Below, piece after piece: positions 31,782 to 40,499 of a stretch of 64,000 nucleotides of DNA (its first letter is position 1; each line of letters starts with the position of its first letter). The DNA is from Candidatus Latescibacterota bacterium (GTDB taxonomy: Bacteria; Latescibacterota; UBA2968). Both the position numbers and the translations under genes were made by a program. The stretch spans positions 384,001 through 448,000 of the forward strand of contig OZ240241.1 in assembly GCA_965198115.1 (NCBI GenBank). The letters run 5' to 3'. Below the pieces are notes generated by a model. That model had not been told where the DNA came from and ran no database searches. It saw only the letters and a list, made by a program, of their open reading frames with translations.

Positions 31782-31883
31782 TGGCTGTGATATCCATAAA
31801 GTATCCATCGAGGCCGGCTTCCTCACGAGCGTGGCGGCAAGTCTGAGCGCACCGGCCGAAAGCTGACGCCCAAGCAGATAACG

Positions 31884-32417
31884 ATGGCCAAAGAAACGAT
31901 CGAGGATCAGGGCAACCTGATCGAGGCGTTCGACAAGGCTTTAAAGCAGCTCCGCCAGGACGCGGGTATTTGGGAAAAGGAAGACAGCACAGGCCGGAAC
32001 GTCTTCACCGGCGATTACTATCCCGAAAAGCTGAGGAAGTTCGGAGCCGAAGCGGTTGCCGATTCCACGATGACGGCAAAGCAGTGGGCCAGAAAGCAGG
32101 CGGCAGAGAATCTTCAGCTCGACCAGGACGGGCTTGGCGGCGACCAGGTGGGCTTCCAGGAGCCCGGCATCCCCGAGGGTGGCAATGTTGCTGCCCCCGA
32201 TTTTTCGTCCATCGTGCATTCCCGTATCGCCTCGGGTGTCGATCCGGTCCAGGATACGAACTTTAAGGAAGTCCTCGAGACGCCCCCTTCGCCGGTTCCC
32301 ACATCGACAGACACGGTAAAGTTCTTAAAGAAGAAGGAAGATGAACTCGTAGGGCGCGGATACACCAGAGAACAGGCCCGAACGATGATCGAAAGGGCAC
32401 TTGCCAAGCAAGGATAG
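31884..32417 (+). CDS. Phage-like hypothetical protein, probably 5' truncated
   Basis: The frame upstream of the ATG reads GKSERTGRKLTPKQITMAKETIEDQ, a module repeated inside the next gene; stop lies 2 nt before the next ATG. Confidence 0.65.
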   Translation: MAKETIEDQGNLIEAFDKALKQLRQDAGIWEKEDSTGRNVFTGDYYPEKLRKFGAEAVADSTMTAKQWARKQAAENLQLDQDGLGGDQVGFQEPGIPEGGNVAAPDFSSIVHSRIASGVDPVQDTNFKEVLETPPSPVPTSTDTVKFLKKKEDELVGRGYTREQARTMIERALAKQG

Positions 32418-32419
32418 CA

Positions 32420-35400
32420 ATGGAATTTGCCTCTCTTGACAGCCTCATAGAAACAGAGCGTAAGAGGTTCGACAGGCTCAACGCCCTGATCGACTCTGAA
32501 GCGGATGCCTTCAAGATCGAAGACCCCGTTCAGCGTCAAAAGGTGAAGTCTGATGCGCTGACAAGCCGGTTGGCCAAAACCACGCCCGTCCGTGAAACCC
32601 CCGAACTTGAAGACAACCTTTACGGCCGCGATGAGTTGCCGACACCGACACCGCCGAAACCCCAAGGCATCGGCGCGGAGTTCGTGAAAGGCGTCAAAGG
32701 AGCAGCTACAGGCGGCATTCCGGCGATGGCGGGGTCCTCTATCCAGATGGGGGCAAGACAGCTCGAGGGTCTTTCTGAGCCCAAGACGTTCTTTGACTAC
32801 GTCGCGAAAGCAGCCTTGACGGTGGCTTCTCCTGCTGTCAGCGGTGCTCTGTCCTTCACATCGAACGAGACCAAAAAGGCTGCCACAAACTGGCTCCGTG
32901 AGGTCGGATCAAACATCCGGGAATATGGACGGAAACGACAGCTGGCAAACGCACCCGAAGTGACGCTCGCCGATGCGATCGAAAACCCCAGGAAGTTTGA
33001 CAGGTGGGCCGCCTACGCCTTGGGATCTGGCGGCGTCTACATGGCCCCGTCGATGGTGGGCTCCCTGATCTTCGGCCCTGCAGGGGCCATCCTGCCCTCC
33101 TACGCTCTGGCCCACGGCGAAATTTCCGATGAATTGATCGAGGAGGGAATTGAAGATCCCGCCTTTGCCGCTGCACTTGCGGTGCCGGTGGCCGGGCTCG
33201 ATGCGATCGGCGCCACTCGTGCCACAGCACCCGTGCGGAAAGAGGCCATCAAGCGCCTCATAAAAACCGGGATGACCAGGACGCCGTTGCGCGAGGTACT
33301 CGGGGGAGCAGGGACCGAGAGCGCAACCGAAGGCGGACAGGAACTGATGATGGCCATTGCCAACGGCCTCCGTGCGGACAAGAGCTGGGACACGATCTGG
33401 GAGGATGTGAAGGTCCGCGTGCCCGAGGGGATGGCGCAAGGCGGCTTGGTCGGCGGAACGATGACGGCGGGAACGACACTCGCCGGAAGGCTCCAGAAGG
33501 GTCAAGACCTGACCGACGAGCAGAAGACACAGCTTGAGGCCGACATCGAAGAACTGGTAGCCACCGAGCCGGTCGCCGAGCCTGAGCCGGTCGCCGAGCC
33601 TGAGCCGGTCGCCGAGCCTGAACCAGCCGAAGGTTCTCAGGTCCCCATCTTGGGTAGCCAAACCGTCATAGAGGAAATTCGCCGGGAGCTGACTGGGCGA
33701 CAAGACGTGATAAACCGCGCTACTGCTATGCTCGAATCCGGCAAGTCTGAGCGCACCGGCTACAAGCTGACGCCCAAGCAGATCAAGATGGCTGAAGAAA
33801 CGATTGAGGAGCAGAACAACCTGATAGAGGCGAAGCTGAAAGAAGTGGAGCGGGATTTCAACAAGGGCACCGCCGACAAGCTGAGAGCGGAACTTCAGTT
33901 TGAACCCAAAGCTGCCCCTCCAAAGAAGGCCACTGAGGAGGAGCCAGCTATCGAGGAGCCGGCTGCCGAACCCGCCGAGCAGCCGGCACGCTTGAGAGAT
34001 AAGTGGAAAAGCGATCTTCACCGCCTCGACGCGGAGATCCACGACCTTCAAGATGCGCGAGACGCCGTCGACGCGATGCCGGCTCGATGGGAAGATCTAC
34101 AGCCTCTGTGGAAAAAGCACGACAGTATTGAAAAGATGGTCGACGAAGCCAACGAGAAGGGACCCCTGGGTCGATCCGTCAGGATTGATCGAATCGAAAA
34201 GGCAATCACGGATCTCGCGGCCGGTATCGAGGATAGGAGAAGGCAACAGCAGTCTGAAGCCGCTGAGGAAGCGCCCGCCGATGCGCCCATCGTCCTTGAA
34301 GGTGCAGATGCTACCGAGCCCACCGCCACTGAGGAGCCCACCGCCGCAACCCCGACAAAATTGACCTCAGGCGCTTGGGTTGCTCGTGTCCAGAGCGCAA
34401 CCAGGCCCGAGCACGGTGACGAGCTCACGATCACCACACGGTCAGGAAAAACCTGGACCGCATACGTTCTTTCCGTTGAGAGTGTCACCCGCGACGGGGC
34501 GTTCGTCGTCTCCACCACAAAACAGCGTCCCATGCGTGCGATCGTCGTCCCAGAGGAGGAGCCTACCGCCACGGAGGAGCCTACCGCCACGGAGGAGCCC
34601 ACCGCCGTCGATGACATCCTCAAGACCTTCAACGACAAGTTCGTGAATATCCCCTGGGAGGACGCGGACCGGGTTCGACGCCTCATTGCAAAGGAGATTC
34701 CGGCCGAGGTTGCCGAGGACACCGCCTATCGCAACGTCCGGGAAAGCTCCGACATGCAGAACGCCTGGATCGAGCATGACGAAGCCCTGAAGCGCGTGAT
34801 GACGACGGACGTGCTCAACGACGACGTGCAACTCTACAAGGAGTTCACAGACAACGAGGGATTCCGGCAATGGCTCACGGATAAAGTTTTCGAGATGACC
34901 TATAAGCCTGCAAAATGGTCTTTCGAGCCCGTCTTCCCAGCAGCTACCGGCAGCGCCCTCAATGAGGACGCACCACCTACCGCGCCTGCCACTGAGGATG
35001 CGCCCACCGCTGCCGAACCTACCGCCCTTGATACGATGAAAAGCGAGCTTCAGCGCCTCGATAAGAAGATCCTCGACCTGCGAGGACCTGACACGACATC
35101 AGCTCTATGGGCAGAGCACGACAGGCTCCGAAAAAGAAAGACGGAGATTCAAAAGATGATCGAAAAAGCCCCAGGTATTCGGGGCCTGGGTCATGCCAAC
35201 ATGATCAATCGAATCGAAAAGGCAATCCAGGATCTCACGGTCGAGATCCGCAAGGCTGCACCCACCAAGCCGGCCGCCGAGCCCACCGCTGCCGAGGCGA
35301 TGACGGAGAAGTGGAAAGACGAGCTTATGCGCCTCGACGTGGCGATTCTCGACCTGGCTCGCGATGACGTTTCTGGCGTGACTGATCTACGGGCAGATCA

Positions 35401-35875
35401 CAGCAGGATTTTCGAGATGATCGAAAAGCTCCCAAAGGAGCAAGTCGAACAGGTAATCACGGATCTCGCAGCCTCGGTCGATGATCTTCAAAGACGCCAG
35501 CAGGCTACAGCAGAAGGGGAGCCCGCCGAGGCCGGCGAAGATGCACAGCCTACCACACCCACCGAGGAGCCCGCCGATGAACGAACACGCAAAGAAGGAG
35601 AACCTGATGGGGTTCGGGTGGATGGCGATGAACCACTGGGAGGAGTTTCTACCACGGATGTACAAGAAACTGAAGGAGGAGGGGACACTGATACAGAGGG
35701 CCTACGAGGCCCAGGAGATGACGACGGATCTGGTGATGCGTCTGACCGACAGGGGGAGGATGCAGATGCACGAGGCGAAGGAACTGGCCCTACCCGAGTG
35801 GATACTCCTGCCAGCAGAGAGCGAGAGCGACGACCTGCCATAAAGGGCGGACTTCACGGCCCCGGAGGGCTTTGA
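32420..35875 (+). CDS. Large polyvalent (virion-injected-type) protein, N-terminal part
   Basis: Gly/Ala-rich hydrophobic N-terminal region, EPVAEP/EEPTAT linkers, three helical repeats and an HsdR-C-terminal-like domain; continues into the MTase after a +1 shift near 35844. Confidence 0.75.
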   Translation: MEFASLDSLIETERKRFDRLNALIDSEADAFKIEDPVQRQKVKSDALTSRLAKTTPVRETPELEDNLYGRDELPTPTPPKPQGIGAEFVKGVKGAATGGIPAMAGSSIQMGARQLEGLSEPKTFFDYVAKAALTVASPAVSGALSFTSNETKKAATNWLREVGSNIREYGRKRQLANAPEVTLADAIENPRKFDRWAAYALGSGGVYMAPSMVGSLIFGPAGAILPSYALAHGEISDELIEEGIEDPAFAAALAVPVAGLDAIGATRATAPVRKEAIKRLIKTGMTRTPLREVLGGAGTESATEGGQELMMAIANGLRADKSWDTIWEDVKVRVPEGMAQGGLVGGTMTAGTTLAGRLQKGQDLTDEQKTQLEADIEELVATEPVAEPEPVAEPEPVAEPEPAEGSQVPILGSQTVIEEIRRELTGRQDVINRATAMLESGKSERTGYKLTPKQIKMAEETIEEQNNLIEAKLKEVERDFNKGTADKLRAELQFEPKAAPPKKATEEEPAIEEPAAEPAEQPARLRDKWKSDLHRLDAEIHDLQDARDAVDAMPARWEDLQPLWKKHDSIEKMVDEANEKGPLGRSVRIDRIEKAITDLAAGIEDRRRQQQSEAAEEAPADAPIVLEGADATEPTATEEPTAATPTKLTSGAWVARVQSATRPEHGDELTITTRSGKTWTAYVLSVESVTRDGAFVVSTTKQRPMRAIVVPEEEPTATEEPTATEEPTAVDDILKTFNDKFVNIPWEDADRVRRLIAKEIPAEVAEDTAYRNVRESSDMQNAWIEHDEALKRVMTTDVLNDDVQLYKEFTDNEGFRQWLTDKVFEMTYKPAKWSFEPVFPAATGSALNEDAPPTAPATEDAPTAAEPTALDTMKSELQRLDKKILDLRGPDTTSALWAEHDRLRKRKTEIQKMIEKAPGIRGLGHANMINRIEKAIQDLTVEIRKAAPTKPAAEPTAAEAMTEKWKDELMRLDVAILDLARDDVSGVTDLRADHSRIFEMIEKLPKEQVEQVITDLAASVDDLQRRQQATAEGEPAEAGEDAQPTTPTEEPADERTRKEGEPDGVRVDGDEPLGGVSTTDVQETEGGGDTDTEGLRGPGDDDGSGDASDRQGEDADARGEGTGPTRVDTPASRERERRPAIKGGLHGPGGL
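35577..35843 (+). CDS. Small helical protein overprinted on the polyvalent-protein linker
   Basis: GAGGAG before ATG 35577 and AAGGAG before ATG 35607; W/M/Y-rich sequence (HWEEFLPRMYKKLKEEG...EAKELALPEWILLP) over a low-complexity host frame. Confidence 0.6.
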   Translation: MNEHAKKENLMGFGWMAMNHWEEFLPRMYKKLKEEGTLIQRAYEAQEMTTDLVMRLTDRGRMQMHEAKELALPEWILLPAESESDDLP

Positions 35876-37661
35876 GGCCGAGATCGAAAAGGGCGGGCAG
35901 AAAACCAAGTATCGCAAGAACGTGGCCGCCGTTAAACTCCTGAAGACGCTCGAAGCCGAAAATCGCGCCGCTACCCCAGCCGAAAAGGAGACATTGGCCC
36001 AATACACCGGCTGGGGCCACTCTCCCCAAGCGTTCGTTTATACCCTACAGGAGCGCGCCAGGCTGAGACAGCTGTTTCCCGAGGATCAGGCCGAAGGGAT
36101 TTTCGACCAGTGGAACAACGAAAAATGGGAGAAAGAACAGGCCGAGCTACAGGATCTCTTTACCGAAGATGAGTACACTTCGGCGCGGGACTCGATCGCC
36201 AATGCCCACTACACGAGCCTTCCGGTGATAAGGTGGATGTGGGATGCCACCCAAAGGTTCGGCTTCCAGGGCGGGAAGATTCTCGAACCGGGTCTTGGCA
36301 TCGGCAACTTCTTCTCGGTGATGCCATCAGGAGAGATGAGGGGGAAATCAAAACTCACCGGTATCGAGATGGACGACCTCTCCGGCCGCATTGCTCAAAA
36401 GCTCTACGAGCGGGCCGATGTGCGTATCTCCCCTTACCAGAAGACGCGGCTCCCCGACGGTTATTTCGACTTGGCCATTTCCAACGTTCCCTTTGCCGAT
36501 GTCCGAATTCAAGACAAGGCTTACAAGGAACAGCTGACCCTCCACAACTATTATTTCCGTAAGTCTTTGGACAAGGTGAGGCCGGGCGGGGTCGTGGCCT
36601 TTATCACGTCGCGCTTCACGATGGACGGTTCCAAAAATCAGGAATTCCGCCGTCGGATTTCTGAGGAGGCCGAGTTCATCGGCGCGATCCGGTTGCCCAA
36701 CACGGCCTTTAAGAAAAACGCCCACACAGAAGTCACGACCGATGTGATCTTTTTGCGCAAGCTCAACGCCGGCGAGGCCCCCACCGGAGAGAATTGGGTC
36801 GACCTTGTCGATAAGAAGATCAAAGACAAAGAAGGCCGACCGGTCGAAATGGCACTCAATTCCTACTACGACCGGCACCCCGATATGATGATGGGCCGCC
36901 TCACGGCCACAGGGTCGATGTATAGTGCGGGAGAACCCACCCTTGCCCCCTACGGCGATCTTGACAAGCTGATGGCAACGGCCCTTGAAAAGCTGCCCGA
37001 GAATGTAGTGGCTGGGCCCGAGTCGAGCCTGTCCAAGCCGGCTGAGGAGACCCTACTGGCCCCCGACAGCGTGCGAGAAGGGCAGTTCGTTGTCAACGAA
37101 AACGGGGATTTGACCCAGAATTCTAAGGGAAAGTTGGAAGCCTACAAGGCTCCCAACGATACTGCCGTCCTCCGCATCAAGGGGATGGACAGCATCAGGG
37201 CAAAGGTGCGCGACCTGCTTTTCTCCCAGACCGAAGGGATCGAGGAAGCCGATCTCAAGAAGAAGCAGGCGAACCTTCTTAAGACCTACAAGTCCTTTGC
37301 CAAGAAATACGGCCCCCTCAACAACGCGGTCAACAAGCGGCTGTTTTCCAGTGACCCCGATGTGGCGTTGCTTTCGTCCCTGGAAGTCATGGACTACGAT
37401 GAGTCTGGAAAGAATTTCGCAGAGATCGAGACCACCCCTCAGCAATCTTTGAAAGCCATACCTGAAGGAAAGAGGAACACTGAGTTGACGTCCATGGCGG
37501 GCGCGATGCGGAGTAGAGGGATGAGCGGGACAGAGATCGCCGCTGCACTTAACGTCGCAAATCGAGAGCGCTGCCAGCCTCCGCTACCGGATGAGGAAGT
37601 TCACTCTATAGCCCTCAGCATTGATCGCTACGAGGCCGGCTCGCCGGGGGAAGGAAGATAG
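35844..37661 (+). CDS. DarB-like N6-adenine DNA methyltransferase, helicase part missing, fused to a PriCT-1-like domain
   Basis: GGQKTKYRKNVAAVKLLK, YTGWG, NAHYT, LEPGLGIGNF (motif I), SNVPF (motif IV), GAIRLPNTAF; tail IPEGKRNTELTSMAG...N..CQPPLPDEEV. Confidence 0.85.
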   Translation, partial: RADFTAPEGFEAEIEKGGQKTKYRKNVAAVKLLKTLEAENRAATPAEKETLAQYTGWGHSPQAFVYTLQERARLRQLFPEDQAEGIFDQWNNEKWEKEQAELQDLFTEDEYTSARDSIANAHYTSLPVIRWMWDATQRFGFQGGKILEPGLGIGNFFSVMPSGEMRGKSKLTGIEMDDLSGRIAQKLYERADVRISPYQKTRLPDGYFDLAISNVPFADVRIQDKAYKEQLTLHNYYFRKSLDKVRPGGVVAFITSRFTMDGSKNQEFRRRISEEAEFIGAIRLPNTAFKKNAHTEVTTDVIFLRKLNAGEAPTGENWVDLVDKKIKDKEGRPVEMALNSYYDRHPDMMMGRLTATGSMYSAGEPTLAPYGDLDKLMATALEKLPENVVAGPESSLSKPAEETLLAPDSVREGQFVVNENGDLTQNSKGKLEAYKAPNDTAVLRIKGMDSIRAKVRDLLFSQTEGIEEADLKKKQANLLKTYKSFAKKYGPLNNAVNKRLFSSDPDVALLSSLEVMDYDESGKNFAEIETTPQQSLKAIPEGKRNTELTSMAGAMRSRGMSGTEIAAALNVANRERCQPPLPDEEVHSIALSIDRYEAGSPGEGR

Positions 37662-37664
37662 TTG

Positions 37665-37725
37665 ACCAGCTTTAGATCTGGTGGCCGAGAGGCCGTGGGG
37701 GTTCGAATCCCCCCCTTTCGCACCA
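37665..37725 (+). other. 3' half of a tRNA-Leu(TAG-like); att-site relic
   Basis: CCAGCTTTAGATCTGG, variable arm GGCCGAGAGGCC, GGGGGTTCGAATCCCCC, ...TTTCGCACCA; no D arm or 5' acceptor strand. Confidence 0.8.
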
Positions 37726-37756
37726 ATTATAAACACCATAATACAGGACAGGAATT

Positions 37757-37795
37757 TACGGAAGGGCTCCCCGCTTTGAGGAGCCTTTCGTATTT
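37757..37795 (+). terminator. Hairpin after the tRNA fragment
   Basis: TACGGAAGGGCTCC...GGAGCCTTTCGTA-TTT. Confidence 0.55.
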
Positions 37796-37937
37796 GGCAG
37801 TAAAGTTCAGTGTCCATAGAAGTGTCCACGAGCCTACACGAAAACCCCAGTTTTCAGAGGGCCGTAGGGGGTAGCTCCCCCGCACGGCTCCGTCTCGCCG
37901 GCGGCCCTCGTAAACCCTCAGACGGGAGGGAAAAGCG

Positions 37938-38381
37938 ATGCTACCTGCGGAAGACTGGAATCGGCACAACCGTGAGCTCATCTCTCAGCCAACACCTGGC
38001 GCGCCCGCAGATTGCAACCAGTTGAGAGAGGATATCCTCTCAGGTTTGGAGAAGTTTCGTCGGTCGAGCATCGAGCCCTCGCCGCTTTGGACGGACGTGC
38101 CGTTCACCGAGGAGCTGTTTGCTGATCTTGACGAGGATGATGTTGACCTGTATCAGCGCTGTCTGTGCCCGGAGTATCTGCGAGTGAACGTCTACTTTAC
38201 TCTCTTAACGCTCGTCCTCTTCGTCAGCGAGCAGGCCATCGCCCACGGATCCCCTCAGCAGGTATCCGAGATCGTTGAGACACTCACCCGCCTTTCCAAG
38301 AAGCACAGCGGAGTTGGCCAAGTGCCCGTGGCCGGTTATCTTCTTTCTCTGCAGCAACGCTTGGACAGCGTATGTCGGTAG
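37938..38381 (+). CDS. Hypothetical protein
   Basis: GGGAGG RBS; 147 aa. Confidence 0.55.
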   Translation: MLPAEDWNRHNRELISQPTPGAPADCNQLREDILSGLEKFRRSSIEPSPLWTDVPFTEELFADLDEDDVDLYQRCLCPEYLRVNVYFTLLTLVLFVSEQAIAHGSPQQVSEIVETLTRLSKKHSGVGQVPVAGYLLSLQQRLDSVCR

Positions 38382-38388
38382 GGAATCC

Positions 38389-38874
38389 ATGCAGGCAATG
38401 AGGAAGGCCGAGGAAGCTGGGCTTGCGGTCGCCATCGAGCGGGCGACTGAACTCACGGCGGCCATCCACCGGATAATCCGATTCGTGTCGCCCGGCCACG
38501 TGCTGAACGATTTCCTTGGAGCGATTGATGCAGGCGATGAGAGCCTGCGACTCTGGAATGTTGTAGGAGAGAAGATCCAGGAACTCGGACTGAGAAGACC
38601 CCTCCAGGAGCTCGAGGACAGTATCGAACTAGAGTTGGGACGTCTCCAAGCAGAGCACAAAGAATGGGCTGAAAGGGTGTTCGGTGATCGACCGAGGCAG
38701 ATATCCTACTTGCCTCAGGACGTGTATCGTGCTTGCCAGGGCATCGCGGAAGCCTTTGAGCTTGGACGGGGATCTGACTATGGGACCCGCAAGGACGCTT
38801 GTGAATTGCTGACTCTTTGCGGAATCGGGATAGATGTCGACACACTTCGGAAGTGGCGTTCTCGGAACCCGTGA
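38389..38874 (+). CDS. Hypothetical protein with a possible C-terminal HTH
   Basis: Follows the previous ORF closely; ends RKDACELL...IDVDTLRKWR. Confidence 0.55.
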   Translation: MQAMRKAEEAGLAVAIERATELTAAIHRIIRFVSPGHVLNDFLGAIDAGDESLRLWNVVGEKIQELGLRRPLQELEDSIELELGRLQAEHKEWAERVFGDRPRQISYLPQDVYRACQGIAEAFELGRGSDYGTRKDACELLTLCGIGIDVDTLRKWRSRNP

Positions 38875-39125
38875 ACATGCCCCCTTTGCGAGAAAGTGAG
38901 ATGTTCACGGGTTTTATGAGAAGTTGGACTAGTGTCGTGTCCCGCGAATAAGTTTTAGAAGTCTGTTGAGTTTATCGAGGACCGAGTCAGCGGTTGCCGT
39001 CCACACGAAAGGCTTTGAGTTCTGATTGTATTGGTCTGTGAACTTCTGGATGCAGGTGATCAGATCCTTGACGTTCCGAAAGGTTCCTCGTCGGATTGCT
39101 CTTTGTGTGATGATGCCGAACCAGA

Positions 39126-40499
39126 GAGCTATAATCAAAAGGTGTGGAAAAAGAGAAAGGGCGACCCTACCCTTCCCGTGAGATAGTTGATTCACACAAA
39201 ACCGGGTGAGAGGCCCGGTTGGGAAGGAGGATCGCCGTGAAGGAACATACGCATAGAGCCCCATTGAAGTCCATGCCGACGTGGGAGACGGTTGACGATT
39301 GGATCCGTGAAGAGATCCAGAGCCGGTTCCAGTCCATTCTGGAGGAGGAGGCGACCGCGTTCTTGGGCCGGTCGTGGTATGAGCGCCGAGCCGAGGTCGA
39401 TAGCTCCAGGGGCTACAGGAACGGCTACGGCAAGCCCCGGCGTCTCTCGACGAGCTGCGGAACGATCAAGGTCCGGCGTCCCCGGGTTCGTGGTCTGGAA
39501 GAGCGGTTTGAAAGCCGCATCCTCCCCCTGTTCGCCCGGAGAACCAGGGCCATTGGAGATCTGCTTCCCGACCTTTATCTCCACGGTCTCTCCCAGGGCG
39601 ACTTCGAGTTGTCTTTGCGTGCGCTGCTCGGTGATGGCGCGCCGCTTTCGCCGACCTCGATCGCTCGTCTTCGAGGGAAGTGGGAGGTCGACTTCCAGGA
39701 CTGGAAAGAAAGGCGTCTGGATAATCGCGAACTGGTCTACGCCTGGGCTGATGGCATCTACGTCAAAGCCGGGCTCGAGCGCGAGAAGGCGTGTCTGCTG
39801 GTCGTGATCGGCGCGATGAGCGACGGCAGCAAGGAGATCCTGGCGATAGAACCCGGTTATCGAGAGTCTACAGAATCCTGGCTCACGGTGCTCCGGGATC
39901 TCCGGGATCGCGGGCTCGAACATCCTGTCCTGATCGCCGCGGACGGGAATATGGGCATCTGGGCGGCCGTTGATCAGGTCTGGCCAGAGAGCCGGCAACA
40001 ACGGTGCTGGAACCACAAGATCCTCAACGTGCTCGACAAGGTCGCCAAGCGTGCACAGGCTGAAGCCCGCGCACTGCTCGTCCAGATCCCCTATGCCGGC
40101 ACGAAAAAGGAGGCCGAGAAGCTCCGGAAACGCTTTGCCGCACGGTATCGCTCACAGTTCCCTGCCGCCGTGGAGACGCTCGAAAGAGACTGGGATCGGA
40201 TGGTCACGTTCTACGACTTCCCGAAGGAACACTGGAAACACCTGAGAACCACGAACGTCGTCGAGAGCCCCTTTGCTTCCGTTCGGCTTCGCACAAACGC
40301 CGCCAGGCGATTCAAGAAAGTCAGGAACGCCACGGCTCTCATCTGGCGTACGCTCAAGGTCGCAGAGAGCCGATTCAGGAAACTCACCGCGCCACACTTG
40401 CTACAACAAGTCTACGATCAGAAACACTCAACCGGACCGCAGGTCGAAACCGGGAAGATGGCCGCCTGATTTCTTTTACACACCTATTGACCTGAGCTC
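39126..40499 (+). mobile_element. IS256-family element, copy C
   Basis: Same ends as the other copies; only a 6-bp duplication ACCAGA is visible. Confidence 0.95.
39219..40469 (+). CDS. IS256 transposase (intact)
   Basis: YRNGY, WADGIY, AADG, QRCWNH, RTTNVVES. Confidence 0.95.
   Translation: MGRRIAVKEHTHRAPLKSMPTWETVDDWIREEIQSRFQSILEEEATAFLGRSWYERRAEVDSSRGYRNGYGKPRRLSTSCGTIKVRRPRVRGLEERFESRILPLFARRTRAIGDLLPDLYLHGLSQGDFELSLRALLGDGAPLSPTSIARLRGKWEVDFQDWKERRLDNRELVYAWADGIYVKAGLEREKACLLVVIGAMSDGSKEILAIEPGYRESTESWLTVLRDLRDRGLEHPVLIAADGNMGIWAAVDQVWPESRQQRCWNHKILNVLDKVAKRAQAEARALLVQIPYAGTKKEAEKLRKRFAARYRSQFPAAVETLERDWDRMVTFYDFPKEHWKHLRTTNVVESPFASVRLRTNAARRFKKVRNATALIWRTLKVAESRFRKLTAPHLLQQVYDQKHSTGPQVETGKMAA

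Larger units (their letters stand above)
31709..37725 (+). mobile_element. Remnant of a phage-like element integrated at a tRNA (no integrase retained)
   Basis: Phage-type polyvalent and DarB-like genes directly after the tRNA, arm-type direct repeats near 31790, and a tRNA 3' fragment at the far end. Confidence 0.6.

Noticed and set aside
31622-37725. attL/attR pair defining one intact prophage
   Set aside because: The 37665 fragment differs from the 3' end of tRNA-Leu(TAA), and there are no integrase, capsid or large terminase genes.
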